Positions 1 to 8,155 of a DNA stretch of 38,175 bases are shown here, piece by piece. Made by a program: the position numbers and the translations under genes. The notes under the pieces were generated by a model. The model saw only the letters and a program-made list of their open reading frames with translations, ran no database searches and was not told the DNA's origin. Within the stretch, counting starts at the first letter, position 1; the number at the start of each line of letters is the position of its first letter. Origin of the DNA: Gammaproteobacteria bacterium (GTDB taxonomy: Bacteria; Pseudomonadota; Gammaproteobacteria; Burkholderiales; SHXO01); the NCBI GenBank assembly GCA_041499435.1, contig JBGQKF010000003.1, positions 1-38,175 on the forward strand, given 5' to 3'.

Positions 1-317
1 CCCTCGAGGAAAGTGACGATGGTCGCGGGCTTCCCATTGAGCTCGCCGAGCAGCTGGTTTTGCAGGTTGGCGAGCGGCTTCGGACACGGGATGCCGTGCA
101 TCGACAGGTGCGCCATCAGGTTCAAGTAGAACGGCAGCTCTGCGGGCTCGAGCTTCTCGAACAGCGTGAGGACGAATTTTCCGTGAGTAGTCGCGACGAA
201 GTAGTTGGTATTTTCGATCCCCGAGACGATGCCGCGCATGTCGGTCATCACACCGATGGAGTAATTTTTGAGCCACGCGGACAATTGCTCGGATGCGACC
301 TTTGTGTATACCGACAT
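1..317 (-). CDS. thrB: Homoserine kinase (type II, APH-like), N-terminal part; runs off the window
   Basis: Not in the ORF track. Manual translation from ATG at 317 gives [22 protein letters not shown]...GIENTNYFV...FVLTLFEKL...[20 protein letters not shown], the typical proteobacterial ThrB N-terminus. The thrB-LOG-polA arrangement is common in Betaproteobacteria. Confidence 0.92.
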   Translation of the reverse strand, partial: MSVYTKVASEQLSAWLKNYSIGVMTDMRGIVSGIENTNYFVATTHGKFVLTLFEKLEPAELPFYLNLMAHLSMHGIPCPKPLANLQNQLLGELNGKPATIVTFLE

Positions 318-332
318 GGAAGCTTTGGCCTC

Positions 333-1061
333 TCACAGGTTGAGCTGCGCCTCGCGCTCAGCCGGTGAAGGCTCGAAGCCGCGCTTCTCGTAGTGATCGA
401 AGATGGCTTTCACTACTTCGGCCGGCTCGTCGATCACTTGAATCAGATCGACGTCCTCGGGATCGATCATCTTTTCATCCACCAGGGTGGTCCTGATCCA
501 TCCAGTCAGCCCGTGCCAGAAGGCGCTATGCACCAGAATGACAGGCATGCGGCGGACCTTGCGCGTCTGCACCAGCGTCAGCGCCTCCATCAGCTCGTCG
601 AGCGTGCCGAAGCCGCCCGGCATGACCACATATGCAGAAGCGAACTTGACGAACATCACCTTGCGCGCGAAGAAATGCCTGAATGTCTGGCTGACATCCT
701 GATATGGGTTTGCCTGCTGCTCGTTCGGCAGCTGGATGTTGAGCCCAACGGAAAGCGAGCGGCCGTGAAATGCGCCTTTGTTGGCAGCCTCCATGAGCCC
801 CGGTCCACCGCCCGAAATCACGGTGAACCCGGCATCGGAGAGCTGACGTGCGATCTCCTCGGCGAGATGGTAATAGGGGTGACTGGCGAGCACGCGCGCA
901 CTGCCGAAGATGCTCACGGCCGGGCGGATCGGGCTCAGACGTTCGGTGGCTTCGGCGAATTCTGCGATAATCCCGAACACGCGCCACGCCTCTCTCCCGG
1001 ACCAGGGCTTTTCGATCAGCTCGGAGGCCAAAGGCTTTGGAATTTTGTCTGCAGGATTCAT
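333..1061 (-). CDS. LOG family (TIGR00730-like) nucleotide phosphoribohydrolase
   Basis: Motifs SIFGSAR, SGGGPGLMEAANKGA, FFARKVMF and PGGFGTLDE. Confidence 0.93.
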   Translation of the reverse strand: MNPADKIPKPLASELIEKPWSGREAWRVFGIIAEFAEATERLSPIRPAVSIFGSARVLASHPYYHLAEEIARQLSDAGFTVISGGGPGLMEAANKGAFHGRSLSVGLNIQLPNEQQANPYQDVSQTFRHFFARKVMFVKFASAYVVMPGGFGTLDELMEALTLVQTRKVRRMPVILVHSAFWHGLTGWIRTTLVDEKMIDPEDVDLIQVIDEPAEVVKAIFDHYEKRGFEPSPAEREAQLNL

Positions 1062-1188
1062 GTTCGCTTAACTGCGCTGACGCGCCTTGAGGATGGGCGC
1101 TGCCCTGACGGGCAGCTCTGAAAGCGCACGGACCAACCCTCTGCGGTCTCATCCGGGCAAGTCGCGCCTGCCCTTGAAGTTACTCAGA

Positions 1189-3867
1189 ATGAAAACACTG
1201 CTGCTGGTCGATGCTTCGTCGTATCTGTATCGCGCCTTTCACGCATTACCCGATCTTCGCACGAAGGCAGGCGAGGCGACCGGCGCCATCTACGGCGTGC
1301 TCAACATGCTACGCCGCCTGCACAAGGACGTGCCGGCGGATTATAGCGCCTGCGTTTTCGACGCAAAAGGCAAGACTTTCCGCGACGACTGGTATGCGCA
1401 GTACAAGGCGACCCGGGCGCCCATGCCCGATGAATTGGGCAGCCAGATCGCGCCTTTGCACGAGTGCATCCGCGCCATGGGCTGGCCGTTGCTGGAAGTG
1501 GGCGGGGTGGAAGCCGACGATGTGATCGGTACACTTGCGCTGCAGGCCACGCGGCAGGGTATGCGCTGCGTGATTTCCTCCAGCGACAAGGACCTCGCGC
1601 AACTGGTCGGGCCGCAGGTGACGATCATCAATACCATGTCGAACGAGACCTTGGACGAAGCCGGCGTCTCGGCGAAGTTCGGTGTTGAACCCGTCCAGAT
1701 GATCGACTACCTCACGCTGATCGGCGACAGCGTGGACAATATTCCAGGCGTGGAAAAGGTCGGTCCGAAGACGGCCTCCAAGCTGCTCGCACAATATGGG
1801 ACGCTCGACAATCTCATGGCGCATGCCGATGAGATTACGGGCGTGGTGGGCGAGAACCTGCGCAAGGCGAAGGACTGGCTGCCGCAGGCGCGCAGGCTGA
1901 TTACCGTCAAATGCGATGTAGCGCTCGATGTGCAGGTCGAACAGCTGCATCACCGACCCGCCCACAAGCCGACCTTGGCAGGGCTGTTCGATCGCTTCGA
2001 GTTCCAGGCCTGGCGGCGCGAGCTGGGCGATGACATCGACGTTGCTCCCCGTAGAGCGCAAGCACGCGAATATGAGACGCTGCTGCAACCTGAGGAGCTC
2101 GCTCGATGGCTTGCGAAGATCGATTCGGCACCGCTGGTGAGCATCGAAACCGAAACCACTAGCTTCGAGCAGCAAAGTGCCGAGCTGGTCGGCATTTCGC
2201 TCGCTGTCGAAAAAGGCAAGGCTGCCTACATTCCGCTCGCACATCGCTACGCCGGGGCACCACAGCAGCTCGATCGGGAGGAAACACTCGCGCGGCTCAA
2301 GCCCTGGCTGGAGGACCCACAGCGGGCGAAGCTCGCGCACGGCGCGAAGTTTCACATGCACGTGCTGGCCAATCACGGCATCGCGCTGGCTGGTATTGCC
2401 CATGACACCCTGCTGGAATCCTACGTGCTCGCCAGCCACCGCCCGCACGACCTGGACAGCCTGGCACAGCGCCATCTGCGTCTGAAGGTGCTGAGTTTCG
2501 AGGAGATCTGCGGAAAGGGTGTGGGTCAGATCTGCTTCGATCAGGTTGCAGTGGAACGCGCCACGCAGTATGCAGCCGAAGATGCCGATATTACGCTGCA
2601 GCTCCACAGCACCTTCTACCCTGAGATCGAGGACGATGCCAGACTGAGCGCCATCTATAGCACGATCGAACTGCCCGTAGCGGGCGTGCTGTTCGCCATG
2701 GAACGGCACGGGGTCCTGATCGACAGCGCCTTGCTGGAAGCGCACGGAGCGCAGCTTGGTAAGCGGATATTCGAGATCGAACAGCAGGCGCATGCGCTTG
2801 CTGGGGTGCCATTCAACGTCAATTCCCCGCGCCAGATTCAGGAGGTGTTGTTCGATCGGCACAAGCTGCCGGTGGTGAAAAAAACGCCAAGCGGCCAGCC
2901 GTCCACCGATGAGGACGTGCTGCAGGAGCTGGCTCTCAACTACCCGCTGCCCAAGCTGATCCTTGAGTTTCGCGCTCTGTCGAAACTGAAGAGCACGTAC
3001 ACCGATAAGTTGCCACGCATGGTGAACTCGCGCACGGGTCGGGTGCACACCAACTATGGGCAGGCGGTGGCCGTAACCGGACGCTTGTCCAGCAACGACC
3101 CCAACCTGCAGAACATCCCGATTCGCAATGCGGAGGGCCGCCGCATTCGCGAAGCATTCATCGCCCCACCCGGGCACCGTATTGTGTCGGCCGACTACTC
3201 GCAGATCGAGCTGCGCATCATGGCGCATCTGTCTCAGGATCCGAATCTGCTCGCTGCCTTTGCTGCGGGGGAGGACGTGCACCGCCGCACGGCAGCCGAA
3301 GTGTTCGGAGTACCCCCGGAGCAGCTCACTAGCGAGCAGCGGCGCTACGCGAAAGTGATCAACTTCGGATTGATGTACGGCATGTCTGCGTTCGGACTGG
3401 CGAGTCAGCTCGGGGTCGAGCGCAGCGCGGCGCAGCAGTACATGGACCGCTACTTCGCACGCTATCCCGGCGTGGCGAACTACATGCAGCGCACGCGCGA
3501 GTCGGCACGTGAGAAGGGGTATGTCGAAACGGTATTCGGACGGCGCCTGCACATGATCGACATCAAAGCATCGAACAATCAGCGGCGCCAGGCTGCGGAG
3601 CGAGCAGCGATCAACGCACCCATGCAGGGGACTGCCGCCGATCTGATCAAACTGGCGATGGTGGCCGTGCACGCGTGGCTCAGCCAGCGCAACCTGCGCT
3701 CCGCGTTAGTCATGCAGGTGCACGACGAACTGGTGCTGGAGGTGTCCGAAGCAGAGTTACCGCTGATCATTCAGGAGCTGCCGCAGCTGATGACCGGTGT
3801 GGCGCGGCTCGATGTTCCGCTCGTGGTCGACGTCGGCGTTGGCGCAAACTGGGATCAAGCGCACTGA
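1189..3867 (+). CDS. polA: DNA polymerase I
   Basis: Start at MKTLLLVDASSYLYRAFHA. 5'-3' exonuclease motifs EADD and GDSVDNIPGV; polymerase motifs ADYSQIELR, RRYAKVINFGLMYG and QVHDELV. Confidence 0.98.
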   Translation: MKTLLLVDASSYLYRAFHALPDLRTKAGEATGAIYGVLNMLRRLHKDVPADYSACVFDAKGKTFRDDWYAQYKATRAPMPDELGSQIAPLHECIRAMGWPLLEVGGVEADDVIGTLALQATRQGMRCVISSSDKDLAQLVGPQVTIINTMSNETLDEAGVSAKFGVEPVQMIDYLTLIGDSVDNIPGVEKVGPKTASKLLAQYGTLDNLMAHADEITGVVGENLRKAKDWLPQARRLITVKCDVALDVQVEQLHHRPAHKPTLAGLFDRFEFQAWRRELGDDIDVAPRRAQAREYETLLQPEELARWLAKIDSAPLVSIETETTSFEQQSAELVGISLAVEKGKAAYIPLAHRYAGAPQQLDREETLARLKPWLEDPQRAKLAHGAKFHMHVLANHGIALAGIAHDTLLESYVLASHRPHDLDSLAQRHLRLKVLSFEEICGKGVGQICFDQVAVERATQYAAEDADITLQLHSTFYPEIEDDARLSAIYSTIELPVAGVLFAMERHGVLIDSALLEAHGAQLGKRIFEIEQQAHALAGVPFNVNSPRQIQEVLFDRHKLPVVKKTPSGQPSTDEDVLQELALNYPLPKLILEFRALSKLKSTYTDKLPRMVNSRTGRVHTNYGQAVAVTGRLSSNDPNLQNIPIRNAEGRRIREAFIAPPGHRIVSADYSQIELRIMAHLSQDPNLLAAFAAGEDVHRRTAAEVFGVPPEQLTSEQRRYAKVINFGLMYGMSAFGLASQLGVERSAAQQYMDRYFARYPGVANYMQRTRESAREKGYVETVFGRRLHMIDIKASNNQRRQAAERAAINAPMQGTAADLIKLAMVAVHAWLSQRNLRSALVMQVHDELVLEVSEAELPLIIQELPQLMTGVARLDVPLVVDVGVGANWDQAH

Positions 3868-3873
3868 CAGCGT

Positions 3874-5640
3874 TTACGTAGCCTGATGCGCCGGACTTAC
3901 CGCCATATCGCCCAGGGCAAACTGGATACGATGCAGGCGTGCGTAAGTCCCGTTTTTCTCCAGCAGCTCTCGATGCGTACCGATCTCGGTGATGCGTCCC
4001 TGTTCGAGCACGACGATGCGATCGGCATTCTCGATCGTAGACAGGCGATGCGCAATGACCAGGGTGGTCCGCCCGCGCATCAGCGCTTCCAGCCCGGCCT
4101 GAACGTAACGCTCAGACTCGGAATCCAGCGCCGAGGTGGCTTCGTCCAGAACCAGGATCGGAGCGTTCTTGAGTAACGTGCGCGCAATCGCAAGCCGTTG
4201 CCGCTGACCTCCGGACAGCTTGACGCCGTTTTCTCCAACCAGCGTATTGAGTCCATCCGGCAGGGCTTGAATGAATTCCCACGCGTACGCGCCCTTGGCC
4301 GCGGCGATGATCTCCTCCTCGCTCGCACCGGCCTTGCCGCCATACGCGATATTCGCCGCCACCGTGTCATTGAACAGGGTGACGTCCTGGCTCACCAGCC
4401 CGACGTTGGCGCGCAAGCTTTGCAGTCGTATGTTTTCGATATCGTGACCATCGACCAGAATGCGACCCGCAGTAGGATGGTAGAAGCGCGGTACCAGATT
4501 TGCGAGCGTAGTCTTGCCGCTGCCTGACTGGCCGACCAGAGCTACCGTCTCGCCAGCCGCGATCTCCAAGGTGATATCTCTCAGCGCAGGCCGCTCGGCG
4601 CCGGGATAGGTATACGTGAGACCGATCATGCGAATATCACCGCGGGCGCGCTGCAACTCGACGCGGCCGAGGTCGTCTTCCGCTTTTTCGTCGACCAGCG
4701 CGAACACGCTTTCAGCGGCAGCCAGGCCGCGCTGCAAATGTTCAGTTACGCTGGTCAAACGCTTCACTGGCGGCGTGACGAGCAGCATGCCCGTAATGAA
4801 CGATACGAAGCTGCCCACGGTCGTGCGATCCGCACGCACTTCCGCGGTCACCTGGTAGATCACGACGGCGACCGCGATTGCAGCGAGCAACTGCACCACG
4901 GGCACATTCGCCGCGGCGGCGATTTGCTCCTTGAGGACCAGCCGCCGGACTCGATTCACCGCCTGTCCGAACCGGGTCATCTCGTAGCTCTGGCCGCCGA
5001 AGATCTTTACCACTTTCTGGTTTTCGAGACTCTCCTGCAGCACGTGATTGATATTACCCATGGCCTGCTGGGTCTGGCGCGTGAGCCCGCGCAAGCGACG
5101 ATTGAAAGCGCGTACCACCAACGCAATGGGCGGAATCACCACAAACGTGATGAGTGTGAGCGACCAGTTGAGCCACAGCAGATAAGCCAGCAGTGCGATG
5201 ACGGTGAGCGAATCGCGGATCAATACGGTGACCACATAGGTAACGGCGATCGCGATCTGAGTCACATCGAACGTGAACTTGGAAATCAGTTTGCCGCTCA
5301 AGTTGTCGGCAAAGTAGCCGAGCGGCAATGCGATCAGCTTGTTGAACATCTGCTGTCGCAAATTCATGATCACCCGCATAGCGACCCAGCTGCTGGTGTA
5401 CTGGCCCAGAAACGATCCCAGCCCGCGGACCACGAACAGAAGTACCAGCAACACAGGTACCCAACGCATCAGCACGGGATCCTTCGCAATAAAGGTCCCG
5501 TCCAGAAACGGTTTGGCCGCTGCCGGCATCGCTACTTCGGTGCTGGCGGCGATCAGCATACCGACGACGGATGCGGCAAAAATCTTCCAGTACGGCCGCA
5601 CGTAACCGAGCAGCCGGATATACAGTTGAGGACCGGTCAT
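3874..5640 (-). CDS. msbA: Lipid A export ABC transporter MsbA
   Basis: N-terminal transmembrane domain plus Walker A GQSGSGKT, LSGGQRQR, LDEATSALD and IAHRLSTI; 588 aa. Confidence 0.88.
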   Translation of the reverse strand: MTGPQLYIRLLGYVRPYWKIFAASVVGMLIAASTEVAMPAAAKPFLDGTFIAKDPVLMRWVPVLLVLLFVVRGLGSFLGQYTSSWVAMRVIMNLRQQMFNKLIALPLGYFADNLSGKLISKFTFDVTQIAIAVTYVVTVLIRDSLTVIALLAYLLWLNWSLTLITFVVIPPIALVVRAFNRRLRGLTRQTQQAMGNINHVLQESLENQKVVKIFGGQSYEMTRFGQAVNRVRRLVLKEQIAAAANVPVVQLLAAIAVAVVIYQVTAEVRADRTTVGSFVSFITGMLLVTPPVKRLTSVTEHLQRGLAAAESVFALVDEKAEDDLGRVELQRARGDIRMIGLTYTYPGAERPALRDITLEIAAGETVALVGQSGSGKTTLANLVPRFYHPTAGRILVDGHDIENIRLQSLRANVGLVSQDVTLFNDTVAANIAYGGKAGASEEEIIAAAKGAYAWEFIQALPDGLNTLVGENGVKLSGGQRQRLAIARTLLKNAPILVLDEATSALDSESERYVQAGLEALMRGRTTLVIAHRLSTIENADRIVVLEQGRITEIGTHRELLEKNGTYARLHRIQFALGDMAVSPAHQAT

Positions 5641-5944
5641 GGCGGCACCTTAGCACTCATTGGCGGAAATTCAAGCCATAGCCGCGGGCGCCAACTGACC
5701 CGGGACATGGCTGATCGCCTGGCCTGGCGACGCATCTTGTTCTCTTGGAACGACATTGAGCCATGCGGGCTGGAAGTTCAGAGTGCTTTCGGCGGTCCTG
5801 ACGCGTTTGGTCGGAGCTCAAGATATGCGCTTCTGAGCCGATGAAACGACGTTCAGCTCCAAATGGCGTTCGTGCGTAGCGCATGGCGCGTGCTTAGGCG
5901 ATGAGGAGTCTACAAGCGAGCAAGGCACATGCCAAAGAACATTC

Positions 5945-5992
5945 AAAAAAAACCGTTAGCAGTTGACGTATCAAGATTTTCTTCACTATAGT
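5945..5992 (+). promoter_or_regulatory. Sigma70-type promoter of the zapB-zapA unit
   Basis: TTGACG (5963-5968), 18 bp spacer, TATAGT (5987-5992), with an upstream A-tract. Confidence 0.7.
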
Positions 5993-5998
5993 GTGCCG

Positions 5999-6199
5999 GT
6001 GGAAGCGGAGCTCGACATCCTTGACGAAAAAATCAGCCAGCTTGTGAAGCTATGTCATCGTCTACGCACAGACAACCAAGAGTTACGGCAGGAACTGGCC
6101 GCAGCGCAGAGCGCAAACAAGCAATTGAGCGAAAAGATCGCGGCGGCACGGACACGCCTGGAGACGTTGCTGACCAGGCTGCCCGAGGACGAGGAATGA
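5999..6199 (+). CDS. ZapB-like (TIGR02449-like) coiled-coil cell division protein
   Basis: 66-aa heptad-rich ORF with GTG start (LDEKISQLVKLCHRLRTDNQELRQ...ARTRLETLLTRLP); ATGA overlap with zapA. Confidence 0.82.
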   Translation: MEAELDILDEKISQLVKLCHRLRTDNQELRQELAAAQSANKQLSEKIAAARTRLETLLTRLPEDEE

Positions 6200-6504
6200 A
6201 GGATGGGCGGGCGATCGAGGTCACCGTCCTGGATCGCACGCTCAAGATTGCCTGCAAGGAAGACGAGAAGGCGGATCTGCTCCAGGCAGTAGAGTATCTC
6301 GACGCGAAGATGCGCGAGATCAAAGCCAGCAGCAAGGTGTTGAGCGTGGAGCGCGTGGCCATCATGGCTGCGCTCAATATCGTGCACGAATTGCTGAGCG
6401 CCCGCCAGGCAAGCGGTTTTGACAGCGAAGCGTTTCGGCGTAGAATGAAAACCATGGCAGATGCGATCGACCAGGCCATGTCCGCTCAGGAGCACTTGTT
6501 CTAG
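6196..6504 (+). CDS. zapA: Cell division protein ZapA
   Basis: IEVTVLDRTLKIAC, AVEYLDAKMREI and ERVAIMAALNIVHELL; GAGGA Shine-Dalgarno-like sequence upstream. Confidence 0.93.
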   Translation: MKDGRAIEVTVLDRTLKIACKEDEKADLLQAVEYLDAKMREIKASSKVLSVERVAIMAALNIVHELLSARQASGFDSEAFRRRMKTMADAIDQAMSAQEHLF

Positions 6505-6571
6505 CGCTCCAGCAACCGTTGAAATCCGGCGGATGTGGTTAAAGCGTTCGCCGGCACAGTCTTCAAGCGTT

Positions 6572-6748
6572 GCCCCCTGCGGTGTTTGTTCAGGCTGTAA
6601 TTTCTGTGAACCAATGTGGTAGATCCGGTTGCGGCCTAAAGTAGTGCTGTTGTGCGCGTCCGAAACGGAAGCGCCTGATGCGCTCGGAAAGCGACCACCC
6701 TTGAACCTCCGGTTCAAGATGTCGGCCTGAACGGCATTTGCGGGGGGC
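6572..6748 (+). ncRNA. ssrS: 6S RNA
   Basis: About 177 nt whose ends pair (GCCCCCTGCGGTGTTTGTTCAGGC with GCCTGAACGGCATTTGCGGGGGGC); conserved CTTGAACC...GGTTCAAG element; canonical position downstream of zapA. Ends are approximate. Confidence 0.9.
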
Positions 6749-6758
6749 CCTTATTCGC

Positions 6759-6787
6759 AAGAGCGGCTACGCCGCTCTTCGTCTTTA
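6759..6787 (+). terminator. Hairpin, probable intrinsic terminator after 6S RNA
   Basis: AAGAGCGGC-TAC-GCCGCTCTT followed by CGTCTTT. Confidence 0.6.
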
Positions 6788-6841
6788 AAGGGAGCCGGTC
6801 CCGTCGACGGCGTGCATGGTGTAGCGCGTTAGCCCAGTCCG

Positions 6842-7327
6842 ATGACGCCAAAGCGCTATTGGTTGATGAAGTCGGAGCCGGACGTATTCGGCATCGACCA
6901 TCTGGCCCGATCCCGCCGGCAAACAACCGCATGGTGGGGTGTGCGCAATTATCAGGCACGCAACTTCATGCGCGACGACATGCATCTGGGTGACGAGGCA
7001 TTCTTCTATCACTCCGGGTGTGCAGAGCCGGGCATCGTGGGAATCGTCACCGTCAGCAAGCTGGCCTATCCCGATGCGACCCAGTTCGATCCGGCAAGCG
7101 AATACTTCGACAAGGAAGCAACGCGGGATAATCCACGGTGGCTCAACGTGGACGTCAAGCTGGTCCGCAAAACCCGATTTCTGGGCATCAAAGAGATGCG
7201 GCGCTATCCCGAGCTGAGCGGTATGCGCGTGCTGCAGAAGGCCAATCGGCTGTCGATCACGCCGGTGCAGCCCGAGGAATGGAGATTCATTCTCCGTTTG
7301 CTCGACCGCCCTCAGCCGACCGACTGA
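6842..7327 (+). CDS. EVE domain protein (PUA-like)
   Basis: YWLMKSEP, WWGVRNYQARNFMRD, FFYHS, YPDATQFDP and NRLSITPV. Confidence 0.95.
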   Translation: MTPKRYWLMKSEPDVFGIDHLARSRRQTTAWWGVRNYQARNFMRDDMHLGDEAFFYHSGCAEPGIVGIVTVSKLAYPDATQFDPASEYFDKEATRDNPRWLNVDVKLVRKTRFLGIKEMRRYPELSGMRVLQKANRLSITPVQPEEWRFILRLLDRPQPTD

Positions 7328-7329
7328 GC

Positions 7330-8142
7330 GTGGAAGCATGGGGGCCGGAGGTCTGGTGGCTCGCATATCTGGCGATGGGGCTGCTGACTGGATTTCTCGC
7401 CGGTATGCTCGGTATCGGCGGGGGTGTGGTCATTGTGCCGCTGCTCGTTTTTCTGTTCAACGCCCAGCACCTCCCGTCTGAGCGCGTGTTGCACCTGGCG
7501 CTTGGGACTTCTCTGGCCAGTATCGCGTTCACCAACCTGTCCAGCGTGCGCGCGCATCACGCTCACCAGGCGGTCCGTTGGGATATCGTTCGCGTCACGA
7601 CCCCCGGCATCATCGTCGGCACCCTGCTCGGCACCGTCCTCGCCGAGCATCTTTCATCGCGCTACCTGGCGATAGTCTTCACCCTGTTCGTCCTGTTCTC
7701 GTCGGTGCAGATGCTGCTCGATCGCAAGCCCAAGCCGACCCGCCAGTTACCCGGGCCGGTCGGGATGTGGATAGCCGCGTTAAGCGTCGGCCTGTTGTGC
7801 AGCCTGGTCGGGGTAGCCGGCGGCATCCTGATCGTGCCGTTGCTAGCCATGTGCAATATCCCGATGCGTAACTGCATCGGCACATCTGCCGCCGTGGGAC
7901 TGCCGATCTCCCTCGCAGGCGCGGCAGGCTATGTCATCACCGGCCTGGCCAAGGCACACCTGCCTGCCTATAGCATCGGGTATGTTTACATACCTGCTCT
8001 TTCCGGCCTGGTGCTCGGCACCTTCGTCACCGTGCCGTTCGGCGCACGTGTGGCCCACACTATTCCGGTCGCGCGGCTCAAGAAAATCTTTGCCATCGTG
8101 CTGTCGGTGCTCGCCGTGAAAATGGTCATCGCCTTGTTCTGA
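7330..8142 (+). CDS. TauE/SafE (TSUP) family membrane exporter
   Basis: GFLAGMLGIGGGVVIVP, ALGTSLA and the repeated GVAGG..VP motif, with multiple transmembrane helices. GTG start inferred just after the EVE stop. Confidence 0.88.
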   Translation: MEAWGPEVWWLAYLAMGLLTGFLAGMLGIGGGVVIVPLLVFLFNAQHLPSERVLHLALGTSLASIAFTNLSSVRAHHAHQAVRWDIVRVTTPGIIVGTLLGTVLAEHLSSRYLAIVFTLFVLFSSVQMLLDRKPKPTRQLPGPVGMWIAALSVGLLCSLVGVAGGILIVPLLAMCNIPMRNCIGTSAAVGLPISLAGAAGYVITGLAKAHLPAYSIGYVYIPALSGLVLGTFVTVPFGARVAHTIPVARLKKIFAIVLSVLAVKMVIALF

Positions 8143-8155
8143 TACGGCGCGGCGA

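Noticed and set aside
1087-1188. N-terminal extensions in the ORF track for polA, and likewise tauE, M20, atpE, parB, mnmG, mnmE and rnpA
   Set aside because: These are longest-ORF artefacts; family similarity begins at the downstream starts used above.
1309-3672. 787-aa antisense ORF within polA, and similar long shadow ORFs (4738-5844, 9182-10321, 21168-22070, 36305-37300)
   Set aside because: They lie opposite well-conserved genes in GC-rich DNA with strong codon bias and show no recognisable motifs.
5650-5658. TTAGCACTC, a perfect CIRCE (HrcA) half-site upstream of msbA
   Set aside because: There is no GAGTGCTAA arm 9 bp away; the nearest similar sequence is over 120 bp distant, and the site overlaps the msbA RBS region.
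5657-5884. 75-aa minus-strand ORF upstream of msbA
   Set aside because: No recognisable motif, and its Arg-rich composition is typical of non-coding GC-rich frames.
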